Below are positions 28,819 to 37,471 of a stretch of 64,000 nucleotides of DNA, piece by piece; position 1 is the stretch's first letter; each line of letters starts with the position of its first letter. The notes under the pieces are model-generated. The model had not been told where the DNA came from, made no database searches, and worked only from the letters and a program-made list of their open reading frames with translations. The position numbers were made by a program, and so were the translations under genes. Location: the NCBI GenBank assembly GCA_034667405.1, contig JAXDJX010000012.1, forward strand, positions 43,766-107,765. Reading direction: 5' to 3'. Source of the stretch: Actinomycetota bacterium. GTDB lineage: Bacteria > Actinomycetota > UBA4738 > HRBIN12.

Positions 28819-30104
28819 GACCAGGTGAGGAAGTCGTCGAGTTCCATCGGGGGGCGGGGCCGGGAGGCTCCGCCCTCCGGCATCGGCCCTGCCGCCACCG
28901 TGCCCAGCGCGAACCACTCGTCGCCGAGCCCCAGGGCGTACCGGCTCTCCTCTTGGCAGAAGAGCGTCGAGCTGATCCAACAGCTCGCCACGTTCTGAGC
29001 GCTGAGCCCCAGCAGCAGGCTCTGGATGGCCGCGCCGCCCGAGAGGAGGAACATGTCCCGCTCTGCGCCGCTCCGCTCGCCATCCGGGTAGGGATGGGCC
29101 CCCGCGAAGCGAACGAACGGAACGATGAGCACCGGCGCTGCTCCCAGCACTGCGTCGCTCCGAGCGATCCTTCGCTCGATGACGTCCTCGGCGGTGTCGT
29201 CTTCACGGAGGTCGGCGCGCCATGCCCCCGCGATGGCCCCCAGCAGATGACGCTTCGCGGCCGCCGACTCAAGCACGACGAACCGCCATGGCCGGGTGTG
29301 ATGGGGCGCGGGAGCCGTGCAGGCTGCTTGGACCGCCGCCTCGATCGCATCCCTCGAGACCGGGCCGTCGCCGAACGCACGGACGGTTCGCCGGTCGTGG
29401 ATCGCTTGGAGCGGCGAGGCTCTGAACAGGTCTTCGCCGGGCGGCCGGACCAGGGCGCTCGCGGGGGCGTCGGGCGCCGCCGCCGGACGTTCCACATCGC
29501 GGATGAGTGCTGCGGGGATCCGACCGGCCTTCGGCATGACCAGACCGCTCGCGGCCGCCAGCTCGTCGGCGAACGCAACCACCGTCATCTCCAGCGGCCG
29601 GCCGTTGTGGTCCGGTGTCTCCCGCAGGTCCACGACCGAGGGCAACCCCGCAGACCCGACGGCGACGTTCACCAGACCGTTTCGCCACGGACGTCCGAAC
29701 GTGTCCGTGATGACCACGCCGAGACGAACACCCAGGCGCTGATGCAAACCCTCTCGGAGCCGCTCTGCGCTGGCGTCCGGATCCACCGGGAGCAAGGCGA
29801 TGATGCCGGCGTCAAGGTTCGAGGCGTCGACGCCGGCGTTCGCGCAGACGAAGCCATGCGCGGTCTCTGCGATGACCAGATCGCCGCGTCGCGCCACCAC
29901 GCGAACCGTCTCCGACTCGACCCAACGGCGGCGATCGGTTCCCGGAACCAGCCGCCCTTCCGCCTTCGAGACGATCTTCGAGGTGACCGCAAGGACCTCT
30001 CCGTCCTTCGGGTCGAGCGGGTGGAGGGCCTCTGCGAGCAGGGCGACCAGATCGGTTCCCGGAAGGATCTCCGGAAGCCCGTTCAGAGCGACGATGTCGG
30101 TCAT
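28815..30104 (-). CDS. fbiB: bifunctional F420:gamma-glutamyl ligase / dehydro-F420 reductase (CofE + nitroreductase domains)
   Basis: The start at 30104 (MTDIVALNG) overlaps the fbiA stop (ATGA). CofE core KIVSKAEGR...ANAGVDASN is followed by a nitroreductase-like C-terminal half. The longer 691-aa ORF is an artefact. Confidence 0.88.
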   Translation of the reverse strand: MTDIVALNGLPEILPGTDLVALLAEALHPLDPKDGEVLAVTSKIVSKAEGRLVPGTDRRRWVESETVRVVARRGDLVIAETAHGFVCANAGVDASNLDAGIIALLPVDPDASAERLREGLHQRLGVRLGVVITDTFGRPWRNGLVNVAVGSAGLPSVVDLRETPDHNGRPLEMTVVAFADELAAASGLVMPKAGRIPAALIRDVERPAAAPDAPASALVRPPGEDLFRASPLQAIHDRRTVRAFGDGPVSRDAIEAAVQAACTAPAPHHTRPWRFVVLESAAAKRHLLGAIAGAWRADLREDDTAEDVIERRIARSDAVLGAAPVLIVPFVRFAGAHPYPDGERSGAERDMFLLSGGAAIQSLLLGLSAQNVASCWISSTLFCQEESRYALGLGDEWFALGTVAAGPMPEGGASRPRPPMELDDFLTWS

Positions 30105-31051
30105 GCCACCGAATCGAGCGTTTGGCGGGCGAGAGCCTCGGCGACATCGTCGTTGCGCATCACCGTGTCGGTCACGCTGACCCAGAGGCCGAGTTCCTCG
30201 GTGATCAGCGGGGCAAGATCGCGATCGACCTGGTCGATCACCCATGCCCCCAGGAGGTCGCGATAGGCCCGAGCGACACCGGCCGCGCTCACCTCCATCC
30301 CGACGGCCGGCATGAGCTTGTCGGCCATGCCCGCCAACGGGGCTCCGCCCACGATGGGTGAGACCCCCGTCACCACGTTCCGCCGAGCGGCCACCTCGCG
30401 TCGGATGCCCGGAACCGCGAGCACCGGACCGACCGACACCACGGGGTTGGATGGGCAGATGATCACCACGTCGGCCTCCGAGATCGCGTCGAGGACGCCC
30501 GGTGCCGGTTGTGCGACCTGCGCATCGGAGAACCGGATCCCCTTCACGTCGTCGGTGGCATGGCGTCGCACCCAGTACTCCTGGAAGTGGAGGTCGAGCG
30601 CACGGCCGGTGGTTGGCTCGACGGCGTCGATCCGCGTGGTCAGCGGGTCGTCGGTCGCGGGCAGCACCCGTACCTCCACCCCGAACCTCGCGCAGACCCG
30701 TTCGGTCACCCGGCTGAGGGGGACCCCCGCTGCCAGCTCCCGGCTCCGGTACAGGTGCGTCGCCAGATCCAGATCTCCCAATCCGAACCAGGCCGCCTCG
30801 GGATCGAAGGCGGCCAACTCCTCGGTCGCGCGGAACGTCTCCCCCCGGCGGCCCCACCCACGCTCCCGGTCGAACACATCTCCCAGCCAATAGGTCACCG
30901 AATCAAGGTCCGGCGAGACGTGAAGGCCGTGCATCACCACGTCGTCGCCGACGTTCACGATCACCGTCACGTCCCGAGGGGGAACGGCACGGATCAGCCC
31001 GCGGAGGAACTTCCCCGCCCCGATCCCGCCTGCCAATGCCGTCACCTTCAT
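30101..31051 (-). CDS. fbiA: 2-phospho-L-lactate (EPPG) transferase CofD
   Basis: Start at 31051 (MKVTALAGGIGAGKFLRGL), the CofD N-terminal signature. Confidence 0.9.
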   Translation of the reverse strand: MKVTALAGGIGAGKFLRGLIRAVPPRDVTVIVNVGDDVVMHGLHVSPDLDSVTYWLGDVFDRERGWGRRGETFRATEELAAFDPEAAWFGLGDLDLATHLYRSRELAAGVPLSRVTERVCARFGVEVRVLPATDDPLTTRIDAVEPTTGRALDLHFQEYWVRRHATDDVKGIRFSDAQVAQPAPGVLDAISEADVVIICPSNPVVSVGPVLAVPGIRREVAARRNVVTGVSPIVGGAPLAGMADKLMPAVGMEVSAAGVARAYRDLLGAWVIDQVDRDLAPLITEELGLWVSVTDTVMRNDDVAEALARQTLDSVA

Positions 31052-31079
31052 CGCGCTACAGCGTAGTAGGCTCGGCCGC

Positions 31080-33563
31080 ATGCCCCAGCCCACGCCGTCT
31101 CAGGTGCGGAGAGCGCTCGCGCGCGCCGAAGCCGGGAAGGCCCTATCCGAACCAGAAGCCGAGGCATTGTTCTCCGCCGCCGGCCCTGACCTCGAGCGAC
31201 TCAGGTCCATCGCGGCCGGCCTCCGCGACACCGGCTTCGGGAACACGGTGACGTATTCGCGCAAGGTGTTCATCCCTCTCACCATGCTCTGTCGCGACCA
31301 CTGCCACTACTGCACCTTCGCGAAACCGCCTGCGAAACTCGACGCCCCGTTCTTCACTCCCGAGGAGGTCGTGGCCGTCGCCGCACGCGGGCGTGAAGCA
31401 GGCTGCAAGGAAGCCCTATTCACCCTCGGCGACCAACCCGAGCTGCGCTACCCCGAGGCCCGCGAATGGCTCGCCGCGCGCGGCTACTCCTCAACGCTGG
31501 ACTACGTCCGCGCGGTTGCGATCCGTGTTATCGAGGAGACGGGCCTCCTGCCGCAACTCAATACCGGTGTGATGTCGTACGAGGCGATCGCCCGGTTGAA
31601 GCAGGTCAGCGCCTCGATGGGGATCATGTTGGAGACCACGAGCGATCGGCTGGCGGCCAAGGGAGGTCCGCATTTCGGTTCGCCCGACAAGATCCCGGCG
31701 GTGCGGCTCCAGACGCTCGAGGACGCGGGGCGGATGGCGGTGCCGTTCACCACCGGCATCCTCGTCGGGATCGGAGAAACGTTCCTGGACCGGGCGCAGA
31801 CCATCCTCGCCATCCGCGAACTTCACCGGCGCTATCGCCACATCCAAGAGGTCATCGTCCAGAACTTCCGTGCGAAGCCGGCGACCGCGATGCAGGACGC
31901 TCCCGAGCCCGGCGACCAGGAATTCCTGGCGGCGGTGGCAGCGACAAGGGTCCTGATGGGTCCCTATGTCAGTGTCCAGGCGCCGCCGAACCTCTCCGAT
32001 CCGGAGCAGCAGGCTCGCCTCTTGGACTCCGGCATCAACGACTGGGGCGGGGTCAGTCCGCTGACGCCCGACCATGTGAATCCCGAGCGGCCCTGGCCCT
32101 CCATAGAGGCACTCGCCGCGACCACGGCTTCGAGAGGCAAGGATCTGCGCGAACGCCTCACCATCTATCCGGCGTTCGCCGCGAAACCGGACCCCTACCT
32201 CGCCGCCAAGATGCGCGGCCCCGTGAACGCGCTCCTGGGTCCCGACGGTCTGGCGGTGGAAGGACAGCAGCCGGAGCCCATCGCCTGGCAGGACCCGGAT
32301 GTCCTTTGGAAGCCCCGGACCATCGAGCTGACGTTCGCGAAGGCAGCGGACGCGGGCCTCCGTGAGGATGGAGAAGCCGTCTACGGTGGGTTCGACGGCA
32401 GCGACGCCGCGAGCGCCTGGTACACGGATGCGCCACCTCCCGCCCGGGTCGACGCAGAGATCCGCAGTGCCCTCAAGAAGGCCGAGGCCCACCACGCACT
32501 CACCGACGCCGAGGCCCTCTCGCTCTTCAGAGCCGAGGGCCCTGCCCTGAACGAGCTCTGTGCGGTCGCAGATGGACTGCGCCGCGAGGCGGTTGGGGAC
32601 GAGGTCACCTACGTGGTCAACCGCAACATCAACTTCACCAACGTCTGCTACGTGGGATGCCGGTTCTGCGCCTTCGCCCAGCGGGAGGCGGACGCCGAGT
32701 CCTACACCCTGACGCTGTCCGAGGTGGCCGATCGCGCGCAGGAGGCGTGGGAATGGGGCGCCACCGAGATCTGCATGCAGGGCGGGATCCATCCGGACCT
32801 ACCCGGTTCGTTCTACGTAGACCTCTTGGACGCCGTCAAAACCCGCACTCCGGACATGCATATCCACGCCTTCAGCCCGATGGAGATCCTCAACGGGGCC
32901 ACCAAACTGGGCGTGTCGTTCCACGGATTCCTCTCCGAAGCGAAGGCTCACGGACTGGGCACGATCCCCGGAACAGCGGCCGAGATCCTCGATGACGACG
33001 TCAGATGGCTCCTGACCAAAGGAAAACTTCCGGCAGATTCTTGGGAGGAGATCGTCCGAACGGCGCACGCGCTCGGCATCAGAAGCAGCGCGACCATCAT
33101 GTTCGGGCACGTGGATGCTCCGCCACATTGGGTCGCTCATATCCGCAGGATCGCACGCATCCAAGCCGACACGGGCGGGTTCACGGAGTTCGTTCCGTTG
33201 CCGTTCGTGCATCGGAACGCGCCGATCTATCTTGCGGGCAAGGCTCGCGCGGGCGCGACGTTCCAGGAGAACCTCAGGATGCATGCCGTGGCTCGGATCC
33301 TCCTCGACGGACTGATACCGAATATCCAGGTGAGCTGGCCGAAACTAGGAGTGGCTGCGTGCCAAGACATCTTGCGCGCCGGCGCGAACGACTTCGGAGG
33401 CACGCTCATGGAAGAGACCATCAGCAGGATGGCCGGAGCCGAGTGGGGGATCATCATGACGCCCGAGCAGTTCGACGGCGCGATCCGGGAGATCGGCCGT
33501 GTGCCCGCGGTGCGAACCACGACGTATGACCGGATCGTCCCGGTGACGTCCGCGGCGTCGTAA
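31080..33563 (+). CDS. fbiC: FO synthase, fused CofG+CofH radical-SAM domains
   Basis: 827 aa with two radical-SAM CxxxCxxC motifs (CRDHCHYCTF and CYVGCRFCAF). Confidence 0.93.
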   Translation: MPQPTPSQVRRALARAEAGKALSEPEAEALFSAAGPDLERLRSIAAGLRDTGFGNTVTYSRKVFIPLTMLCRDHCHYCTFAKPPAKLDAPFFTPEEVVAVAARGREAGCKEALFTLGDQPELRYPEAREWLAARGYSSTLDYVRAVAIRVIEETGLLPQLNTGVMSYEAIARLKQVSASMGIMLETTSDRLAAKGGPHFGSPDKIPAVRLQTLEDAGRMAVPFTTGILVGIGETFLDRAQTILAIRELHRRYRHIQEVIVQNFRAKPATAMQDAPEPGDQEFLAAVAATRVLMGPYVSVQAPPNLSDPEQQARLLDSGINDWGGVSPLTPDHVNPERPWPSIEALAATTASRGKDLRERLTIYPAFAAKPDPYLAAKMRGPVNALLGPDGLAVEGQQPEPIAWQDPDVLWKPRTIELTFAKAADAGLREDGEAVYGGFDGSDAASAWYTDAPPPARVDAEIRSALKKAEAHHALTDAEALSLFRAEGPALNELCAVADGLRREAVGDEVTYVVNRNINFTNVCYVGCRFCAFAQREADAESYTLTLSEVADRAQEAWEWGATEICMQGGIHPDLPGSFYVDLLDAVKTRTPDMHIHAFSPMEILNGATKLGVSFHGFLSEAKAHGLGTIPGTAAEILDDDVRWLLTKGKLPADSWEEIVRTAHALGIRSSATIMFGHVDAPPHWVAHIRRIARIQADTGGFTEFVPLPFVHRNAPIYLAGKARAGATFQENLRMHAVARILLDGLIPNIQVSWPKLGVAACQDILRAGANDFGGTLMEETISRMAGAEWGIIMTPEQFDGAIREIGRVPAVRTTTYDRIVPVTSAAS

Positions 33564-33574
33564 CGCCCTTTTCC

Positions 33575-33612
33575 GTCAACCACCTTGACGGGTTCGGTCA
33601 ACCAGATTGACC
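33575..33612. promoter_or_regulatory. two tandem palindromes (GTCAA-N5-TTGAC), candidate operator upstream of whiB
   Basis: GTCAACCACCTTGAC at 33575-33589 and GGTCAACCAGATTGACC at 33596-33612. Their centres are 22 bp apart. They lie in the fbiC-whiB intergenic region. Confidence 0.35.
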
Positions 33613-33772
33613 GTCGTATTTCTGCCGGTAAGACCTTGCAACCCGCGAAAAGTCTCGTAAGCATGGGATACCGCAAGGGGATGAGGCAGAGAACTTCCTC
33701 GCGTTAGGTCTTGTCAAGGAGGGTGTTCTTCCCGCAGAATCACACCGATGTGATTTGGGGGGGAGAGAAGGC

Positions 33773-34000
33773 GTGCACCATTACATCCCTTGGCAAGAAC
33801 GAGCGAGGTGTCGGGAATATGACCCGGAGATCTTCTTCCCCGAGAAGGGAGGCTCATCGAGGGAGGCAAAGAGGATCTGCAGCGAGTGTCCCGTTCGCAT
33901 CGAGTGCCTGAATTACGCCCTTCGCCGCGACGAACGCTACGGCGTCTGGGGCGGGATGAGTGAACGGGAACGCAGACGCCTGAAACGGATGGCGTCCTAG
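33773..34000 (+). CDS. whiB: WhiB-family Fe-S transcription factor (WhiB2/WblB-like by context)
   Basis: Four Cys in the C-x22-C-x2-C-x5-C arrangement, GVWGG turn, basic C-terminus. GTG 33773 is preceded by GGGAGAGAAGG. The ORF track start is TTG 33755. Confidence 0.9.
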   Translation: MHHYIPWQERARCREYDPEIFFPEKGGSSREAKRICSECPVRIECLNYALRRDERYGVWGGMSERERRRLKRMAS

Positions 34001-34024
34001 GCAGGTAACGAAAGGGGGCAGCAA

Positions 34025-34294
34025 GTGGCAGCAGCCAAGAAGAGCGCGGCACGCAAGAAGACCGCAGCTCGCAAGCCCGCCGCGAAGAAGTCGGCGGCAC
34101 GCAAGAAGACCACAGCTCGGAGGCCCGCGAAGCGCAAGACCGCCGCTCGGAAGCCCGCCGCGAAGAAGTCCGCGGCTCGCAAGAAGACGACGGCCAAGCG
34201 CAAGACGACCGCTCGTCGCAAGCCCGCCGCGAAGAAGTCCGCGGCTCGCAAGAAGACGACGGCACGCAGGAAGAGCCCCGCGAAGAAGCGCTGA
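34025..34294 (+). CDS. histone-H1-like Lys/Ala/Arg-rich repeat protein (putative nucleoid-associated)
   Basis: 89 aa made almost entirely of AAKKSAARKKT-type repeats. GTG start is preceded by AAAGGGGG. Followed by a strong hairpin. Confidence 0.7.
   Translation: MAAAKKSAARKKTAARKPAAKKSAARKKTTARRPAKRKTAARKPAAKKSAARKKTTAKRKTTARRKPAAKKSAARKKTTARRKSPAKKR
34073..34263 (+). repeat. in-frame tandem/direct coding repeats, including a perfect 44-nt duplication
   Basis: aagcccgccgcgaagaagtccgcggctcgcaagaagacgacggc occurs at 34151-34194 and again at 34220-34263 (69 nt = 23 codons apart). A diverged copy starts near 34073. Confidence 0.9.
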
Positions 34295-34313
34295 TCTTCC
34301 TACGGATCGTGTT

Positions 34314-34338
34314 GAAGGGGGGCCTCGAGCCCCCCTTC
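34314..34338 (+). terminator. GC-rich hairpin, likely intrinsic terminator after the H1-like gene
   Basis: GAAGGGGGGC-CTCGA-GCCCCCCTTC, a perfect 10-bp stem starting 20 nt after the stop. There is no U-tract. Confidence 0.55.
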
Positions 34339-34393
34339 CGCGTTCACGGGGGTGGCCCGTGCTAGGCTCCGCGCCGCGCAGGAAGCGCATCGA

Positions 34394-37300
34394 ATGACCT
34401 CAATCACCGCTTCCCAACAGCAGTCCTCGCCAGTGCCGTCCGTGCTCGTCGCGCTGGTCGTTCGCGATGCCGAACCGTGGCTGCGTGACTCCCTGGCTGC
34501 GCTCGCAGCACTCACCTATCCGCGCCTCGGCGTTATCGCGATAGACAACGCATCTACCGACGGATCGCACGACATCTTGTTGCAAGCCCTGGGCGAACGC
34601 CGGGTGATGCGATTCCCGGAGGATCGCGGCCTCGCCGGCTCGCTCAAGGCGGTACTGGAGATCAGTGCCGCGCGCGAGGCGGATTACCTCTTGATCCTCC
34701 ACGACGATGCGGCGATGGACCCCGACGGCGTCACCCGGCTCGTGGAGGCGGCCATCAGCATCCCGGGGGTCGACAACGTCGGTGTCGTAGGAGCCAAGGT
34801 CGTCGACTGGGACGATCCGCGACAGCTCCGCGATGTGGGGAGTTCGGCCGATCGCTTCGGGCATCGATATACACCGCTGCAACCGGGGGAGATCGATCAA
34901 GGGCAGTTCGACCGGGTGCTCGAGGTGCTCGGAGTGGATCCGTGCGCGCTCTTGGTCTCCCGGGAGGCTTGGCAGCGGGTGGGGCTCTTCGACGAGCGAC
35001 TCGACGTGAGCCACGAGGGGCTCGACCTCTGCTGGCGGGTCCGGATGGCGGGGTTCCGAGTCCTCATGACGCCGTCGGCACGGGTTCGCCACCGGCAGAC
35101 CTCGGCCGGCGAACGCCGTCGTGACCGCGACCGCCGGAGCGATCGCTACTACGAGGATCGAGCGGCGCTCGCCTCGATGTTGAAGAACTACGGGTTGCTC
35201 AGCCTGCTGTGGCTCCTGCCCTTGACGTTGCTCTTGGGGCTGACGCGCCTGGCGGTGCTCGCCCTATCGCGACGGTTCGACGAGGCCTACGACCTGGTGT
35301 CTGCTTGGGGTTGGAACGTGATCCACCTGCCTGGGACGGTCCGTCGGCGGTTCCGCGCCCAGCGCGCCCGAACCATCCCCGATCGCAAGCTCCACCGCTT
35401 CATGGAATCCGCGGGACTCAGGCTCCCTCGATGGTTCGAGAAAGCCGAACGGATCTTCGAAGAGCAGCGCTCCATAGAAGAGGCAGACGAAGGTCAACCT
35501 GCCACACGGCGTCTGCGGGATCGGACGGCCTCGCTGGTGGGCGATCACCCGGTCTTGGTCGGTTCGTTCGTCGCCATCGTGGTCGGCGGGTTGTCCATCC
35601 GCGGTCTCATGAACGGGGCGGCCCTGCACGGCGGCGTGTTGCCAACCTTCCCCGGCAGTTCGAGCGGGTTCTTCCACGAACTGGCCGCCCCCTACCGCTC
35701 AACGGCGCTCGGAGGCTCGCTCCCGGCGAGTCCGGCCCTGGCCGGGGCAGGTGTGCTCTCGTGGGCGCTGTTCGGGAGCACGTCGTTAGCGCAGAAGGTG
35801 CTCTTGGCCGGCGTGCCCGCGCTCGCAGGGATCCTCTTCTATCGTGCCGCCGTTCGACTCACGGGCAGGGCGGGCGCGGCGGTGCTCGGCTCCGGCTGCT
35901 ACGTCCTCTCGGCGGCGCTCCTGTGGCCGTTCTCGCAAGGCCGGCTCGGCCTGCTGGTGGCGGCCGCCCTCATCCCGCCACTCGCCGAACGAACGGAGAT
36001 CGCCTTCGGGTCGGATGAACCGGCCGATGGCAGGTGGCGCTTCATGGCGGGCCTGGGGGTCACGCTGGCGGTCGGGGTCGCGGCCGAACCGGGCGTTCTC
36101 CTGGCGTTCCTGGTGCTGGTCGTGGTCCAACTCATCGCCGGCGGCTCCCGGCGCCGTGGGACGGCACTCGTGATGGGTGGCACGCTTGCGGCCGCGGCGC
36201 TGGTGTTCCCCTTCGTGCCCTCACTCATCGCCGGCGGCGGTAGAGGGGTGGGATCCCTGGTGGGGACCGTCGATCTCTCGCGAATCGGCCGCCTGGCCCT
36301 GGGGCCGGGTCCAGGCACATGGCTCATCGGCGCCTTCCTTCCGATCTCGGCAGCTCTCGGTTTCTCCCTCGTCCGGTCCGGCGATCGCGCGCGGGCGGTG
36401 CGGATGGCCGTGGTTGGGGCCGCCTCGCTCCTGTTGGCGTGGCTCTCCGCCGCCGGCTGGCTCCCCACGGCGCTCGCGAACGCTCCCGTCTACATCGTGC
36501 TTGCGGCGGCGGCGGAGGGGCTCCTGGTCAGCTTGGGCCTGGCGTCGGTTCTGGGTATGGCTCGCGAGTCGTTCGGCGCCAGGCAGATCGGTACGGCCGC
36601 GCTCGCGGTGGTGTTGACGGGGGGGCTTGCGCTTCAGGCGCTGAGCGCCATGGCTGCCGGGTGGGCGTGGGGCGGAGCAGCCAAGATCCCCGCGGCCTGG
36701 GCGGTCGTGGACAGCGGCGCACAGGGTGATTTCAACGTCCTGTGGGTGGGTGCCGGAAGCGATCCGTTCCCGGCCCCGGGCGGGGATCCGCGGGCCGTGG
36801 CGGTGGCGGGCGACGCCACCCTTCGGTACGCCATCACCGGGCGAAGCGGCGCACCGGTTGTCGATATCGGCCGGCCGCTTGCCGGACCCGGCGCCGACGC
36901 CCTGCAGGCGTCCATCCAACAGATCCTGGCCGGCGGGACATCTCATGGAGGCGCACTGCTGGCGCCCTTCGCGGTGCGCTTCGTCGTTGCTGCGCCGGAT
37001 TCCCTGCCGGCTTCCACGATCGCCCGACTCGGAGAACAGGTGGACATGGATCCGGCGACGGCCAACGGACTCGTGATCTACCGCAACGCAGTCGCCCTCC
37101 CGCCGGCATCGGCATTGGAACTGGACGATGCGGGCACGAGGCTCCTGGCCAGCAGCGACCTCGCGTCGATCGAACGGCTTGGACCGGTCGATGCCACACC
37201 GTTCACCGCTGTTCCCCCAGGGTGGGATGGCCCGCAGACGGCGAAGGGAGTCCCTTTCGTCGCCACTGAGTTCAGTGATGGTTGGACGGTTGGCAGCGTT

Positions 37301-37471
37301 CCACCGGTTCGGGCGTTCGGTTGGGCCACCGCGTTCCCCGGTGCTCCCGACACCTTGGGCACCGTCGAGGTCCGACATAACGCCGACCTCGTTCGGACGC
37401 TCGAACTCTGGCTGCTCGGGGCGCTCTGGCTCGTCGCGCTCTGGATCACCCGGAAACCGGTGGTTCGATGA
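34394..37471 (+). CDS. large GT2 glycosyltransferase fused to a polytopic membrane domain
   Basis: The N-terminal GT2 domain has VALVVRDAEPWL, IDNASTDGS and ILHDDAAMD, followed by at least 10 hydrophobic segments and a C-terminal extracytoplasmic region. ATG 34394, with an alternative GTG at 34352. Confidence 0.85.
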   Translation: MTSITASQQQSSPVPSVLVALVVRDAEPWLRDSLAALAALTYPRLGVIAIDNASTDGSHDILLQALGERRVMRFPEDRGLAGSLKAVLEISAAREADYLLILHDDAAMDPDGVTRLVEAAISIPGVDNVGVVGAKVVDWDDPRQLRDVGSSADRFGHRYTPLQPGEIDQGQFDRVLEVLGVDPCALLVSREAWQRVGLFDERLDVSHEGLDLCWRVRMAGFRVLMTPSARVRHRQTSAGERRRDRDRRSDRYYEDRAALASMLKNYGLLSLLWLLPLTLLLGLTRLAVLALSRRFDEAYDLVSAWGWNVIHLPGTVRRRFRAQRARTIPDRKLHRFMESAGLRLPRWFEKAERIFEEQRSIEEADEGQPATRRLRDRTASLVGDHPVLVGSFVAIVVGGLSIRGLMNGAALHGGVLPTFPGSSSGFFHELAAPYRSTALGGSLPASPALAGAGVLSWALFGSTSLAQKVLLAGVPALAGILFYRAAVRLTGRAGAAVLGSGCYVLSAALLWPFSQGRLGLLVAAALIPPLAERTEIAFGSDEPADGRWRFMAGLGVTLAVGVAAEPGVLLAFLVLVVVQLIAGGSRRRGTALVMGGTLAAAALVFPFVPSLIAGGGRGVGSLVGTVDLSRIGRLALGPGPGTWLIGAFLPISAALGFSLVRSGDRARAVRMAVVGAASLLLAWLSAAGWLPTALANAPVYIVLAAAAEGLLVSLGLASVLGMARESFGARQIGTAALAVVLTGGLALQALSAMAAGWAWGGAAKIPAAWAVVDSGAQGDFNVLWVGAGSDPFPAPGGDPRAVAVAGDATLRYAITGRSGAPVVDIGRPLAGPGADALQASIQQILAGGTSHGGALLAPFAVRFVVAAPDSLPASTIARLGEQVDMDPATANGLVIYRNAVALPPASALELDDAGTRLLASSDLASIERLGPVDATPFTAVPPGWDGPQTAKGVPFVATEFSDGWTVGSVPPVRAFGWATAFPGAPDTLGTVEVRHNADLVRTLELWLLGALWLVALWITRKPVVR

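Noticed and set aside
28815-30890. 691-aa version of fbiB
   Set aside because: The N-terminal 260 aa overlap fbiA in another frame and are Arg/Gly/Pro-rich. The CofE domain begins at MTDIVALNG (start 30104), with a classic ATGA overlap to fbiA.
33714-34390. Minus-strand ORFs 33714..34265, 33854..34390 and 33997..34251 opposite whiB and the H1-like gene
   Set aside because: They are mirror images of the Lys/Ala repeat (giving Arg/Ala/Phe repeats). They overlap whiB, which has an unambiguous four-Cys motif.
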